DNA from: an uncultured delta proteobacterium
GTDB lineage: Bacteria; Desulfobacterota; Desulfuromonadia; Geobacterales; DSM-12255
Direction: 5' to 3'
DNA length: 64,000 bases
Assembly (NCBI GenBank): GCA_963787125.1
Contig: CAWBBV010000007.1
Span: 448,001 to 512,000, forward strand
In this document: in pieces, positions 47,259 through 57,241 of the stretch
How the letters are laid out: the number at the start of each line of letters is the position of its first letter
How positions within the stretch are numbered: the stretch's first letter is position 1
Made by a program: the position numbers and the translations under genes
The notes under the pieces: model-generated
The model's input: the letters and a program-made list of their open reading frames with translations, nothing else
Database searches by the model: none
What the model was told of the DNA's origin: nothing

Positions 47259-49457
47259 TTGACCCATAACCCCCGAAATAGAGGAATCTTCCTGAGTTCA
47301 GTTGGTAAGCTGGCGCTGATTGCGGCTCTGGTAACTTTTATGCTCAATATCCGTGGCCTGTATTGCGGTTTTTCGCCCATGGATGACCATATTTATGTGC
47401 TCGATAACCTGCATATCCGGCAGCTCGACTTAAATCTGCTCATCTGGGCCTTTACCTCGCTGCCGATCGACCTGTGGCAACCGCTCACCTGGCTTTCTCT
47501 GGCGTTTGACTATCATTTCTGGGGTCTGAATCCCTTTGGCTATCATCTGACCAATATCCTGCTGCACGCTCTCAATACCGCCCTTGTTCTGTTGATTGCA
47601 GCCAGCATCATCAAAAAGATACCGACCCTGAAGGAAAGGCTTGGCGGTGAAACTTTCGTGTATCCGCTGACTCTTCTCCTGGCAGGACTGTTCTTCGGCA
47701 TTCACCCTTTACGGGTTGAGTCGGTCGTCTGGATAACCGAGCGAAAGGATGTGCTTAACGGCCTGTTCACCTTCACATCGATTCTTTTCTATCTCAAACA
47801 TGCCGAGAGCGGCAGCAGATTTCCATGTCGAAATTATCTGCTTGCGCTGCTGTTCTTTGCCCTGTCACTGCTGGCGAAGCCGGTCAGTGTGGTTCTGCCG
47901 CTGATTTTCCTGGTTCTGGACTGGTATCCGCTGAGCCGCTGGCAAAGAGGTAATCTGCAGCGAACGGTGCTGGAGAAAGTCCCTTTTTTGCTCCTTTCAG
48001 TGGTAATATCTGCGGTGACGCTCTATGTTGCCTCCAAAAACCAGATCCTCAGGCCGTATGATTTCCTCTCGCCATGGCAAAGGTTGACCGTTTCCGGCAA
48101 TGCGATCTTTGAATACTGTCGGCTGCTGCTGTTGCCGCTCGGTATCAGTCCGCTGAAACTGCTGCCATCGCCACTCCCATTGGCCTATACCGTCAAGAGC
48201 CTGGCTGTTTTAGGGGGTGCCGGCGCTGTTATTGCCGGGTGGGAAAAAAAGTGGCTGCCGGTGACCGCAGCTTGTTTTTTGTTTCCGCTCCTGCCGGTAC
48301 TGGCAATTTTCCAGAACGGCGAACAGGCGTTTGCCGCCAGGTACACCTATCTGCCCTCACTTGCGGTATCTGTAGTTGCTGCCGCTCTGCTCGGGGTTGC
48401 CTATAGAAAACTCCAAGAGTTGGCAGTCCGACTGCTGCCGGGAACATTGGTGTTTCTGGTTGCGTTCTACCTGCTTTTTTTCGCTGTCATGACCTACCAG
48501 TTGACAAAAGTCTGGGATGATGCGGAAAGCTACTGGACACGGGTTATAACTGTTGACCCGATTGCCAAGCCGTACTTTGAACGGGGCGAGTATTATGCAA
48601 AAGTGGGGCGCTTCAGCGAAGCTGTCATGGATTATAGCAAGGCGATTGAGACGGCTGACGGGAATTTAAGCAGATACATCTACAATCTTTACGCCATACG
48701 CGGGGAGGCGTTCCGTTCCCTGGGGCGCTATGAGGACGCTGTCAGGGATTTCTCGACGGCAATAGAGATGTCACCGCACCGGAGCTACTACTTTTGCCGG
48801 GGGCAGGCGCAGCAACAGCTTGGCAGGGGGAGGGACGCAGCAGCAGACTACCTGATTGCAGGGGCTGCCTCTGGCTCCATCGGCTATTGGTATACGGACC
48901 CTTCTTCTGCGGAGATACAAAAGCGTCTGGAAAAATATCCTGATGATGCGGATGCCCTTGTTGCCCGGGCTGTCTCGGCAGTCAGAGTAAGGGCTTATGC
49001 TGGTGCTTTTCCTGATTTTGACCGGGCAATTGCGCTAAAATCAGACCGTGATGCATATTACTGGAACAGAAGCACGCTCTTTCTTGAGACCGGTCAGGAG
49101 GAACGTGCGCTGGCAGACTGCTCCAGCGCCATCAGGCTCAATCCACGCCATCAGGATGCATACTTGCGCAGGGCTGCCCTTTATGCTGACAAGGGGGAGA
49201 ACCTGCTGGCGATTGACGATCTGACCGCAGTTATTGCTCTCAACAACTCCGGTTTTGAAGGTTTTGCCAATCGCGGTCTGATTCTTTATCGCCTGGGCAG
49301 AACTGACGAGGCGATAAAAGATTTTGATACTGCTCTTGCCATCAACCCTGAATCAGCTGAAACCTGGTATAACCGGGGGGCAGCGCGGACGGCTGCAGGT
49401 GAAACAGGGCTTGCAGATGAAGATTTCAGGAAAGCAAGGGAACTGGGTTATAAATAG
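47259..49457 (+). CDS. TMTC-like membrane glycosyltransferase with an extended TPR array (#4)
   Basis: FSPMDD, HPLRVESVVWITERKD, AARYTYLPS, two TPR blocks. Confidence 0.88.
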   Translation: MTHNPRNRGIFLSSVGKLALIAALVTFMLNIRGLYCGFSPMDDHIYVLDNLHIRQLDLNLLIWAFTSLPIDLWQPLTWLSLAFDYHFWGLNPFGYHLTNILLHALNTALVLLIAASIIKKIPTLKERLGGETFVYPLTLLLAGLFFGIHPLRVESVVWITERKDVLNGLFTFTSILFYLKHAESGSRFPCRNYLLALLFFALSLLAKPVSVVLPLIFLVLDWYPLSRWQRGNLQRTVLEKVPFLLLSVVISAVTLYVASKNQILRPYDFLSPWQRLTVSGNAIFEYCRLLLLPLGISPLKLLPSPLPLAYTVKSLAVLGGAGAVIAGWEKKWLPVTAACFLFPLLPVLAIFQNGEQAFAARYTYLPSLAVSVVAAALLGVAYRKLQELAVRLLPGTLVFLVAFYLLFFAVMTYQLTKVWDDAESYWTRVITVDPIAKPYFERGEYYAKVGRFSEAVMDYSKAIETADGNLSRYIYNLYAIRGEAFRSLGRYEDAVRDFSTAIEMSPHRSYYFCRGQAQQQLGRGRDAAADYLIAGAASGSIGYWYTDPSSAEIQKRLEKYPDDADALVARAVSAVRVRAYAGAFPDFDRAIALKSDRDAYYWNRSTLFLETGQEERALADCSSAIRLNPRHQDAYLRRAALYADKGENLLAIDDLTAVIALNNSGFEGFANRGLILYRLGRTDEAIKDFDTALAINPESAETWYNRGAARTAAGETGLADEDFRKARELGYK

Positions 49458-49458
49458 C

Positions 49459-51201
49459 ATGATAGAGTCGAGTTACAGCAACCAGGCTGAGGTAACTGCG
49501 CAGGGAAATAAAGTCCCGGGAGTGCTGTTGGCTGCGCTTTTGCTGCTGCTCATAACCGCCTACTCCTCGGTATTTTCTGCCGGTTTCATCTGGGATGATG
49601 ACTCTTATGTAATCAATAACCTGACCCTGAGAACAGTCTCCGGTCTTTACAGTATCTGGTTCGAGCCGGGGACGACCCCCCAGTACTACCCGCTGGTATT
49701 TACCCTCTTCTGGCTTCAGTTCAAACTCTGGGGACTGGCACCGCTCGGCTACCACCTTGTTAATATTTTCCTTCATGGCGCTAATGCCATTCTTCTCTAC
49801 CAGGCACTGAAAAAGCTCGATATCCCGGCGCCTTTCTGGATTGCGGCGATATTTGCACTCCATCCTGTTCAGGTTGAGTCGGTTGCCTGGATCACTGAAT
49901 TGAAGAATGTCCTATCGACTTTTTTCTGTCTCGGGTCCTTGCTCTTTTACTGGCATTCTCTTGAAGGCCTGAATTCACGTCGGCAGAGTCAGCTTCTTTA
50001 CGGATTCTCTCTCGTGACCTTTATGCTGGCGCTTTTGAGTAAGAGCGTTACAGGCTCTTTGCCAGCGGTGATCCTGCTGTTGTTATGGTGGAAAGAAGGG
50101 CGATTGCTTTTCAGAGATGTTGTCAGACTGATTCCGTTCTTCGGGCTGGCTCTGCTTCTTGGATGGAATACCGCGCGGCTTGAGGTTACCCACGTGCTTG
50201 CAGCCGGGCCTGAGTGGAACTTAAACTTTACGGAGAGGTTTCTGATCGCCGGTCGTGCGGTCTGTTTTTATGCGGGGAAACTTCTCTGGCCGCAGCCGCT
50301 GATCTTCAATTATGAACGCTGGCAGATAGATGCAGCTCTCTGGTGGCAGTATCTTTTCCCCCTCGGTGTCATTGCTGTTGCGGCAGCTCTCTGGCTATTG
50401 AAGGAAAGAATCGGTCGTGGTGCTCTGGCGGGCTACCTTTTCTTTGTCGGCACACTTTTTCCGGCCCTCGGTTTCTTCAACGTCTACCCGATGCGTTACT
50501 CGTTTGTCGCCGATCATTTTCAGTATATGGCGAGTGTCGGCCTGATTACGCTCTTTGTTGCGGGAGTTGCCCGGTGTTTACGGCCAGCACGCTGCGGCTC
50601 CAATAAGGCACTGCTGCTTGTTTTCACTCCGCTGCTGGTCCTTCTCGGAGTGTTAACCTGGCAGCAGGGGAGAGTATATCACGACAGAATGACCCTCTTC
50701 AGCACCACCATTGAAAATAATCCGCAGAGCTGGCTCAGCTACTCGAATAGAGGCAGGGATTATGCTCTTTCGGGCAGGGATGACCTGGCGCTCGCTGATA
50801 TACGCAAATCGCTGGACATAAACCCGGCTGATGCCGATGCCTTGCAGATAAGAGGGGCAATCGCGCTCAAAAACATGGACTTCGCCAGAGCAATCAGTGA
50901 TATGACCCGTTCGCTGGAACTTTATCCTGACCGGGTTGACTACCGCTTGAACAGAAGCCTTGCTTTTCGCAATGCCGGGAGAGTGAGCGAGGCGATTGAT
51001 GATGCTACCAGAGTAATTGCGCTTGCTCCGGATGATTATCAGGGCTATTTGCACAGGGCTGCACTGTATGTAATGCGGCAGGAATACCGTTTGGCCGAAG
51101 CCGATCTTACAACTGTGGCTGGGCTCGGCTATGAATTGTCGCAAACAGAGCGTTCAAGAATAATGAATCTTCAATCCGGTAGGAGCGGTAAGACGTTATG
51201 A
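49459..51201 (+). CDS. TMTC-like membrane glycosyltransferase with TPRs (#5, distinct subfamily)
   Basis: FIWDDD, QYYPL, HPVQVESVAWITELKN, VADHFQY; start placed just after the previous stop (ORF track starts it at 49324). Confidence 0.87.
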   Translation: MIESSYSNQAEVTAQGNKVPGVLLAALLLLLITAYSSVFSAGFIWDDDSYVINNLTLRTVSGLYSIWFEPGTTPQYYPLVFTLFWLQFKLWGLAPLGYHLVNIFLHGANAILLYQALKKLDIPAPFWIAAIFALHPVQVESVAWITELKNVLSTFFCLGSLLFYWHSLEGLNSRRQSQLLYGFSLVTFMLALLSKSVTGSLPAVILLLLWWKEGRLLFRDVVRLIPFFGLALLLGWNTARLEVTHVLAAGPEWNLNFTERFLIAGRAVCFYAGKLLWPQPLIFNYERWQIDAALWWQYLFPLGVIAVAAALWLLKERIGRGALAGYLFFVGTLFPALGFFNVYPMRYSFVADHFQYMASVGLITLFVAGVARCLRPARCGSNKALLLVFTPLLVLLGVLTWQQGRVYHDRMTLFSTTIENNPQSWLSYSNRGRDYALSGRDDLALADIRKSLDINPADADALQIRGAIALKNMDFARAISDMTRSLELYPDRVDYRLNRSLAFRNAGRVSEAIDDATRVIALAPDDYQGYLHRAALYVMRQEYRLAEADLTTVAGLGYELSQTERSRIMNLQSGRSGKTL

Positions 51202-52871
51202 CAACCTCAAAAACAGTGTCCGTAGCTAAAATCGCACTGACTGCAGCCCTGATAAGCCTTTTGGTGTTTTCCCGGGCAGTTTTCTGGGATTTCGTCAATT
51301 ATGACGACCAGCGTTTTGTCATAGATAATCCCGGCATCAGAAATCTTGATATCAATATGATTGTCTCGGCGTTTACCCAGCAGTTTTCCAATGACTACTG
51401 GGCGCCGCTGACCTGGATTTCTTTTGCCATTGATTATCATTATTGGGGTTTAAACCCGGCGGGTTATCATCTGGTGAATATTCTGTTTCATGCCGTCAAT
51501 ACCGGTTTGGTGGTGCTGGTGGCCGACAGGCTGTTCAAGCAGGGCCGATATTTGCGAGAAGAGGACTCAGCAGGCAGTCCTGAAAAGAATGATGGCGGCT
51601 ATCTTTATCCCGCGATGCTCCTTATGACGGGACTTTTGTGGGGGCTGCATCCGCTCAGGGTGGAATCGGTTGCCTGGGTTGCGGAACGCAAGGATGTTCT
51701 CTACGGGATGTTGGCGCTTGGCTCGGTGCTCTGCTATCTGCGGGACGCGAAAACGGTGCAAATTGCGGGCAGCAGTGGAGATAGACGCTACTATCTTTAC
51801 TCACTCGGCCTCTTTCTACTTGCCTTGATGGCCAAACCGACAAGTGTCTTTCTCCCCATGTTGCTGGTGGTGGCAGATTGGTATCCTTTTGAGAGGTTGC
51901 AAAAAGGAAAGTTCGTGCAGGCTTTGCTTGAGAAAGTGCCGTACTTTGTTCTTGCTGCCATGGTGACAGTGTTGACGGTCATTAATATGAGTAAGACAAC
52001 GGTGCCATATTCTTACAGCGAGTTTTCCTTTCTGGAGAGGGTAATTATCTCAGGATACTCGATTTTTGAATTCTGTCGGTTACTGTTTTTTCCGGTCGGG
52101 ATCCATATTTTTAATACCATTGCGGCTATTTTTGCCAACCCGTTCCCTGCTTATGCAAAGACTTTTGTCGTGCTGGCATTCACCTGCTACTGCATCTTCA
52201 CAGGCAGAAAAAAACCGGTAGTAACCGCAGTCTGGTTCGCTTTTATCATCCCTTTGCTGCCGACACTGGCATTTTTTCAAGTCGGTGTGGATGTCACCTA
52301 TTCAACTCGGCACTCCTATCTGGCTACCGTTGTTCCCACGGTCGCTGCGGTAGCTATTCTTGCCCGAATTTACAGGAAAATTCCGGGCAGCGGACAGCGT
52401 TATCAGCAAGTGCTGTTTGTCGCACTGGTGGCTATTTTCATCGGTTTTCATGTCAGTATGACGCAGCATCTTATCAGCTCCTGGAAGAATTCCGGGACAC
52501 TCTGGTCGCGGGTCATTCAATTCAATCCAGTTGGCAGAGCATATCATTACCGGGCGTTATATCTTGCCGACAAGGGTCAGTTTTCTGCAGCCGCGGATGA
52601 TTTCCTGTCGGCGGCGGATGGGGCTGCCGCAGCTGGAAATCCGGAGGCTTTTAACTACTATGCGTATGCCGGTGACGCCTTCAATCGCTCAAGGCGCTAC
52701 GAAGAGGCGGTGACGGCATTCTCGATTGCCATCAAGCTGCACTCCTGGCCCGAATATTACTATCACCGCGGCCTGGCATTAAAAGAGCTGGGGAGAGTGA
52801 ATGAGGCTGCTGAGGATTTTATTATGGCAGGGAATAATAGAGGTGAGGTTGAGTTTCACAAGATGTGGTAG
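51198..52871 (+). CDS. TMTC-like membrane glycosyltransferase with TPRs (#6)
   Basis: FVNYDD, HPLRVESVAWVAERKD, STRHSYL, TPRs. Confidence 0.88.
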   Translation: MTTSKTVSVAKIALTAALISLLVFSRAVFWDFVNYDDQRFVIDNPGIRNLDINMIVSAFTQQFSNDYWAPLTWISFAIDYHYWGLNPAGYHLVNILFHAVNTGLVVLVADRLFKQGRYLREEDSAGSPEKNDGGYLYPAMLLMTGLLWGLHPLRVESVAWVAERKDVLYGMLALGSVLCYLRDAKTVQIAGSSGDRRYYLYSLGLFLLALMAKPTSVFLPMLLVVADWYPFERLQKGKFVQALLEKVPYFVLAAMVTVLTVINMSKTTVPYSYSEFSFLERVIISGYSIFEFCRLLFFPVGIHIFNTIAAIFANPFPAYAKTFVVLAFTCYCIFTGRKKPVVTAVWFAFIIPLLPTLAFFQVGVDVTYSTRHSYLATVVPTVAAVAILARIYRKIPGSGQRYQQVLFVALVAIFIGFHVSMTQHLISSWKNSGTLWSRVIQFNPVGRAYHYRALYLADKGQFSAAADDFLSAADGAAAAGNPEAFNYYAYAGDAFNRSRRYEEAVTAFSIAIKLHSWPEYYYHRGLALKELGRVNEAAEDFIMAGNNRGEVEFHKMW

Positions 52872-52879
52872 GCCAGTTC

Positions 52880-52907
52880 GTAGCGACGCAAGATTTTGCG
52901 TTTCTAC
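52880..52907. terminator. Imperfect hairpin at the convergent junction
   Basis: GTAG-cg-ACGCAA-gatt-TTGCGT-tt-CTAC; no clear U-tract. Confidence 0.35.
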
Positions 52908-52931
52908 AGGAGCCTTTTGTGTAGATCCGGA

Positions 52932-53639
52932 TTATAGAGACAGTCTGTGCTTTATCCCGTATTTGAGAATTGCTGCCAGGAATTTCGGCCCATGGATAAG
53001 CGCGTGGGATTTCATTTTACCGCCGGATCTTTCACGTTCATGACTCTCTATTTCACCAACAGCCAAATTCTCTTTCAAGGCGTAATAGATAAGTTCAATC
53101 TCGATTTCAAAATCTTTAGAGCTACAGAGATGTTTCTTGACGACATCTTTTCTGAACGCTTTGAAACCGTTCAAGGCGTCTGTCAGGTAATAGCCGAAAA
53201 ATATCCGGAAGCATTTTGTCAGGAACAGGTTGCCAAATTTCCTTGTCAGTGTGTACTCGTCGCTTTTGCCCAGTTGCCGTGAGCCGACGACAAGGCCGTA
53301 ACCAGACTCTATCTTCTGCAAAAAACTCTGAAACTCCGTTGCTGAGTGGGAAAAATCTGCATCCAGCATGATGATAATCTCACCTGCAGCAGCTTCAAAT
53401 CCCTTTGCCAGCGCCATTCCTTTGCCGGGTCTCTTCTCCGTTACGACGCGTGCCCCTTTTTGCGTGCCGATATCATTGGTTAGGTCGGTGCTGTTGTTAT
53501 CGATGACGATAACTTCAAAGGAGTACTCCCGGAGATTCTGTATTTCGGCGAACACTTCATCGAGAACCTTGGCAAGGGACTCTTCTTCATTGCGGGCCGG
53601 GATGATAACGCTTACCAGTAATTGTCTATCTTTAGGCAT
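52932..53639 (-). CDS. GT2 polyprenol-phosphate sugar synthase-like glycosyltransferase
   Basis: SVIIPARNEE, DNNSTD, GKG, LDADFSH, VGSR, DALNGFKAFR, FEIEIE. Confidence 0.9.
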   Translation of the reverse strand: MPKDRQLLVSVIIPARNEEESLAKVLDEVFAEIQNLREYSFEVIVIDNNSTDLTNDIGTQKGARVVTEKRPGKGMALAKGFEAAAGEIIIMLDADFSHSATEFQSFLQKIESGYGLVVGSRQLGKSDEYTLTRKFGNLFLTKCFRIFFGYYLTDALNGFKAFRKDVVKKHLCSSKDFEIEIELIYYALKENLAVGEIESHERERSGGKMKSHALIHGPKFLAAILKYGIKHRLSL

Positions 53640-53645
53640 GGTTTG

Positions 53646-54689
53646 TCAGTGCCTCTGACTGAGTAGTTCGGTGCTGGTTATGAATTCAACAAGTCTGCCT
53701 ACACCTGTCAGTGGACTGATTTCCGGCTTCCAGCCCAAAGAGCTCAAGGCTTTGCTCGTGTCGGAAATGTAGATTTTTTGATCGGATTGGCGCCAATTAG
53801 AAAAGGTCAGTGGCGCTCTTTTACCTGTAATTTCATGGAGTAAATCAAGCAGTTCAAGGATGCTGACGGAGAATTCACCCCCTCCGCCGATATTAAACAC
53901 GCCATGGCTGATATCGGAAAGAATGAACTTTTCATAGAGATTAACAAGGTCGCTGCTGAAGAGTAGATCCCTGACCTGTTTACCGTCGCCATAAATGTTG
54001 AGGGGGATGTTTTTCAGGGTTGCGTAGGTCAGCCAGGTAACCCAACCCTGGTCTTCGACACCAAACTGTCTGGTGCCGTAGATACAGGACATCCTGAAAA
54101 CAGCCGTTCTAATGCCATAGCAGCGGGCATACTCCTGGCAGTAGATGTCACCGGTGAGTTTGGAGCAGCCATAGGGGGTATGTTCACACAGGTCAATGGG
54201 GAAGCTTTCGCTGATCCCTCTAGTGTAGACGTTTTCAAAGGAGTAGCGGGAAGTGCCTTCCAGGGTCTCAATCTTGTTGACATTCGCGCCATAGACCTTA
54301 TTGGTGGAACAGTAGACAACCGTGCCTACAGCGTTAAGTCGTGCCGCTTCCAGCACATTGAAGGTGCCGATAACATTAGAACTGAAATCATCTGCGGGAT
54401 TCTGCATTGAGGTGGTGACAGCAGTCTGACCGGCAGCGTGAAAGATGATTTGGCACCCTGCGGCAGCTGCCATGACTGCGGCTTTGTCGCGGATATCGGC
54501 GTTCAGATGCTGAATGTTACCATATGCCTTGAGGTGATTCTGGTTGAGGTTCTTGCTTGAAAGCGTCTTCGCAAGCAAGCGACCTCTGCTCAGGTTGTCA
54601 ATTATGACAACCTGGTGGCCTTTCATGGCGTGATATTCGGCAATGTGGCTGCCAATAAACCCCATCCCTCCGGTGACCAGTATTTTCAT
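53646..54689 (-). CDS. NAD-dependent NDP-sugar epimerase/dehydratase (CDP-paratose 2-epimerase-like)
   Basis: TGGMGFIG, AGQTAVTTS, STNKVYG, PYGCSK, RMSCIYG, EDQGWV, GDGKQVRD. Confidence 0.9.
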   Translation of the reverse strand: MKILVTGGMGFIGSHIAEYHAMKGHQVVIIDNLSRGRLLAKTLSSKNLNQNHLKAYGNIQHLNADIRDKAAVMAAAAGCQIIFHAAGQTAVTTSMQNPADDFSSNVIGTFNVLEAARLNAVGTVVYCSTNKVYGANVNKIETLEGTSRYSFENVYTRGISESFPIDLCEHTPYGCSKLTGDIYCQEYARCYGIRTAVFRMSCIYGTRQFGVEDQGWVTWLTYATLKNIPLNIYGDGKQVRDLLFSSDLVNLYEKFILSDISHGVFNIGGGGEFSVSILELLDLLHEITGKRAPLTFSNWRQSDQKIYISDTSKALSSLGWKPEISPLTGVGRLVEFITSTELLSQRH

Positions 54690-54787
54690 GTAATTCCTTG
54701 CATTGGATTAATGATCTCAATTTTGCGCATGAAGGTTTTGTCAGCGGATAAGGATACAGCAGGTGAGATGCTTTTCGCAAGTTCTGA

Positions 54788-54862
54788 TCAATATTACAGG
54801 AGTTACGACATGCGGCCATTCAAGCGACTAAACAACGACCAAACTCACGTGCTTTCAAATCA
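54788..54862 (+). mobile_element. Degenerate ~75-bp fragment of the 5' end of an IS4-family transposase related to the element at 55353
   Basis: CAATATTACAGGAGTTACGACATGCGGCCATTCAAG..CACGTGCTTTCAAAT closely matches ~55477-55550. Confidence 0.8.
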
Positions 54863-55352
54863 ATCACAACAGCTGTAAACCTTAACTACACATTTGAACA
54901 TTGTTGTATCTCAGCAATCATTTCTGTCAAAGCTTGTAAGTTGAGGCTTAATCCTGAGCATCTGCATGAAAAAACCGGGGACAATGAGAAGGTTTCCGAG
55001 GCAGATGAGTACTGTTACAGGGGTGAAATCTCTTGGTGATTTGCTGCACCTGTACCCCTCAATTAAAACAAGTGCGATAAAAGCGGATATAATCGTTCCC
55101 GATACCACTTGTACTCCACGAGAAATCATGCCGAGCGTAAGAAGTGTCATAAGGGTTGCGACTACGGCAAGTGGCTGTAAAAACAGCAAATCCTTGATCC
55201 TCCCCCGCCGTTCTGAGTTGCCAAAAATATGGAGATATACTGCAGTGCCACGGATAATCCTCTGTTTCATAAATCCACTCACTGATCTGTCGTAATGGTA
55301 TACAATTGCAGCTGGTGTGAATCTGATTTTATAGTTATTTTTCAATAATTTT

Positions 55353-56682
55353 CAGTGTCTTCCGGTTAGGTCCTTGCAAAGCTCTTTGAGAAAATAAAAA
55401 GTTGTAAAATCAGTGTGATACCGTATTTCTTACTTGACATTTAGTGAAAAATTCGGGGCGCGCATTCGTAACTATCCAATATTACAGGAGTTACGATATG
55501 CGACCATTCAAGAGGCTGAAACAACGACGAAAATCACGTGCTTTCAAATTGATTCTTGCCCCTGTTTCTGAGAGATTCAAACTAGATAACACACTTGAAT
55601 CCAGGGGGGACCGCCCGTTGCAAATGTCTTTTGATGATCAGCTCAAAGCTCTGATCTATTATCACCTGCAAGAGTATGCCTCAGGAGCGAACTTCTTCAG
55701 GCTTTAGAGCAGGACAACTTTGCCAAGGAGTACATTGCTCCCCCAAAGGGTATCAAGAAAAGCTCTTTCTTTGAGGCAATGAACACCAGGGGGCTTGAGC
55801 AGCTTGCTGAGGTGTTCAGCCACCTTGTCAAGCAAGCAGGTAAGGCGCTCCCAGTTGAATATGCTCACCTTGGCAAACTGATATCCATAGACGGATCACT
55901 GATAGATGCTGTTCTGTCAATGGAATGGGCAGATTACCGAAGCGGTTCAAAAAAAGCCAAGGCTCATATCGGCTTTGATATCAACCGGGGCATCCCCCGG
56001 AAGATATACCTCTCTGACGGCAAAGAAGGTGAACGTCCCTTTGTTGATAAAATCATCGACAAAGGCGAAACCGGTGTCATGGATCGCGGCTATCAGTCTC
56101 ATGACCACTTTGACCAGTGGCAAGCCGCCGAAAAGTTCTTTGTCTGCCGTATTCGGGAGAATACCCATAAAACAGTCATCAGCGAGAATGCCGTCAATCC
56201 TGATAGTATCGTCTTCTACGACAGAGTCGTGCTGCTCGGCACCAAAGGTATAAGTCAGACTGAGAAAGAGCTGCGCCTTGTTGGCTACCGAATAGACGGC
56301 AAGGATTACTGGGTTGCTACCAACCGATACGACCTGACTGCTGAAGAAGTGGCCGAAGTTTACAAGCTGCGCTGGAACATAGAGACCTTCTTCGGCTGGT
56401 GGAAGCGGCATCTCAAGGTGTATCACCTGATTGCCCGAAGCAAATATGGTCTCATGGTGCAACTGCTTGGCGGCCTCATCACCTATCTGCTGCTCGCCAT
56501 CTATTGCCGGGAGCAGCACAACGAACCGGTCAGCATCTCCAGGGTACGAGAACTACGCAATCAAATAGCAAATGAAGCAGCAGCAGAGCTGAAAGAAAGT
56601 ACAAGAAAACATGGCAAGTCAAACAAGATCAGACAGTTAAAGAAAAAGAAACGCCGTGCAAAAACCTAACCGGAAGATGCTG
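55353..56682 (+). mobile_element. IS4-family insertion sequence, 1330 bp
   Basis: 18-bp IRs CAGTGTCTTCCGGTTAGG / CCTAACCGGAAGATGCTG (16/18 match); 9-bp TSD AATAATTTT at 55344-55352 and 56683-56691. Confidence 0.93.
55498..56669 (+). pseudogene. IS4-family transposase with a one-base frameshift near 55686
   Basis: IDGS, MDRGY, YKLRWNIETFF motifs; the 55498 frame stops at 55707 while the shifted frame reads ELLQALEQDNFAK into the 55779 ORF. Confidence 0.8.
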
Positions 56683-57241
56683 AATAATTTTGCGCAAAAA
56701 TCAGTATCCTCTCCGGTTTCGAGCAACTCGTTCATCCCCCCCATCTCTATATAAACATCACGTTTGACGACGAGATTGCAAGACGGAAGATTGTCGGCAT
56801 AGCGAGCTGCAGAAGTAGTCGATTTATAGAAAATCCAGAATCCGATCAAAAGCCAACTTTTCTGAGCCATCCCTACCCAGAGTCTTTCCTGAACTTCATC
56901 CGGTGGTGAAATGTTGGGGCCGCCGGCAGCTCCTATTCGATCATCGCGGGAGAAGGTTTTGATAGCCTCTTCCAGCCAGTTATTACAAGGGTATGCATCG
57001 CTGTCGATAAATGCCAGGTAGTTGCGACTCGTTTTCGAGGCCCCGAAATTTCTCCGTTTTGCGATGTTGTTTTCCTGGAAATAGTGAACATCGATGTTTT
57101 CAGCCATTTCAACATCAGCAGGGATATTTTCGTTGAGAATCAGTATGATCTGGGCGTCTGGATACATCGAAGAGCATGTTTCTACGCATCGCCGGGTGAA
57201 TGTTTCCCATCTGAACGAGGGTATGATTATCGCTACGTCTT

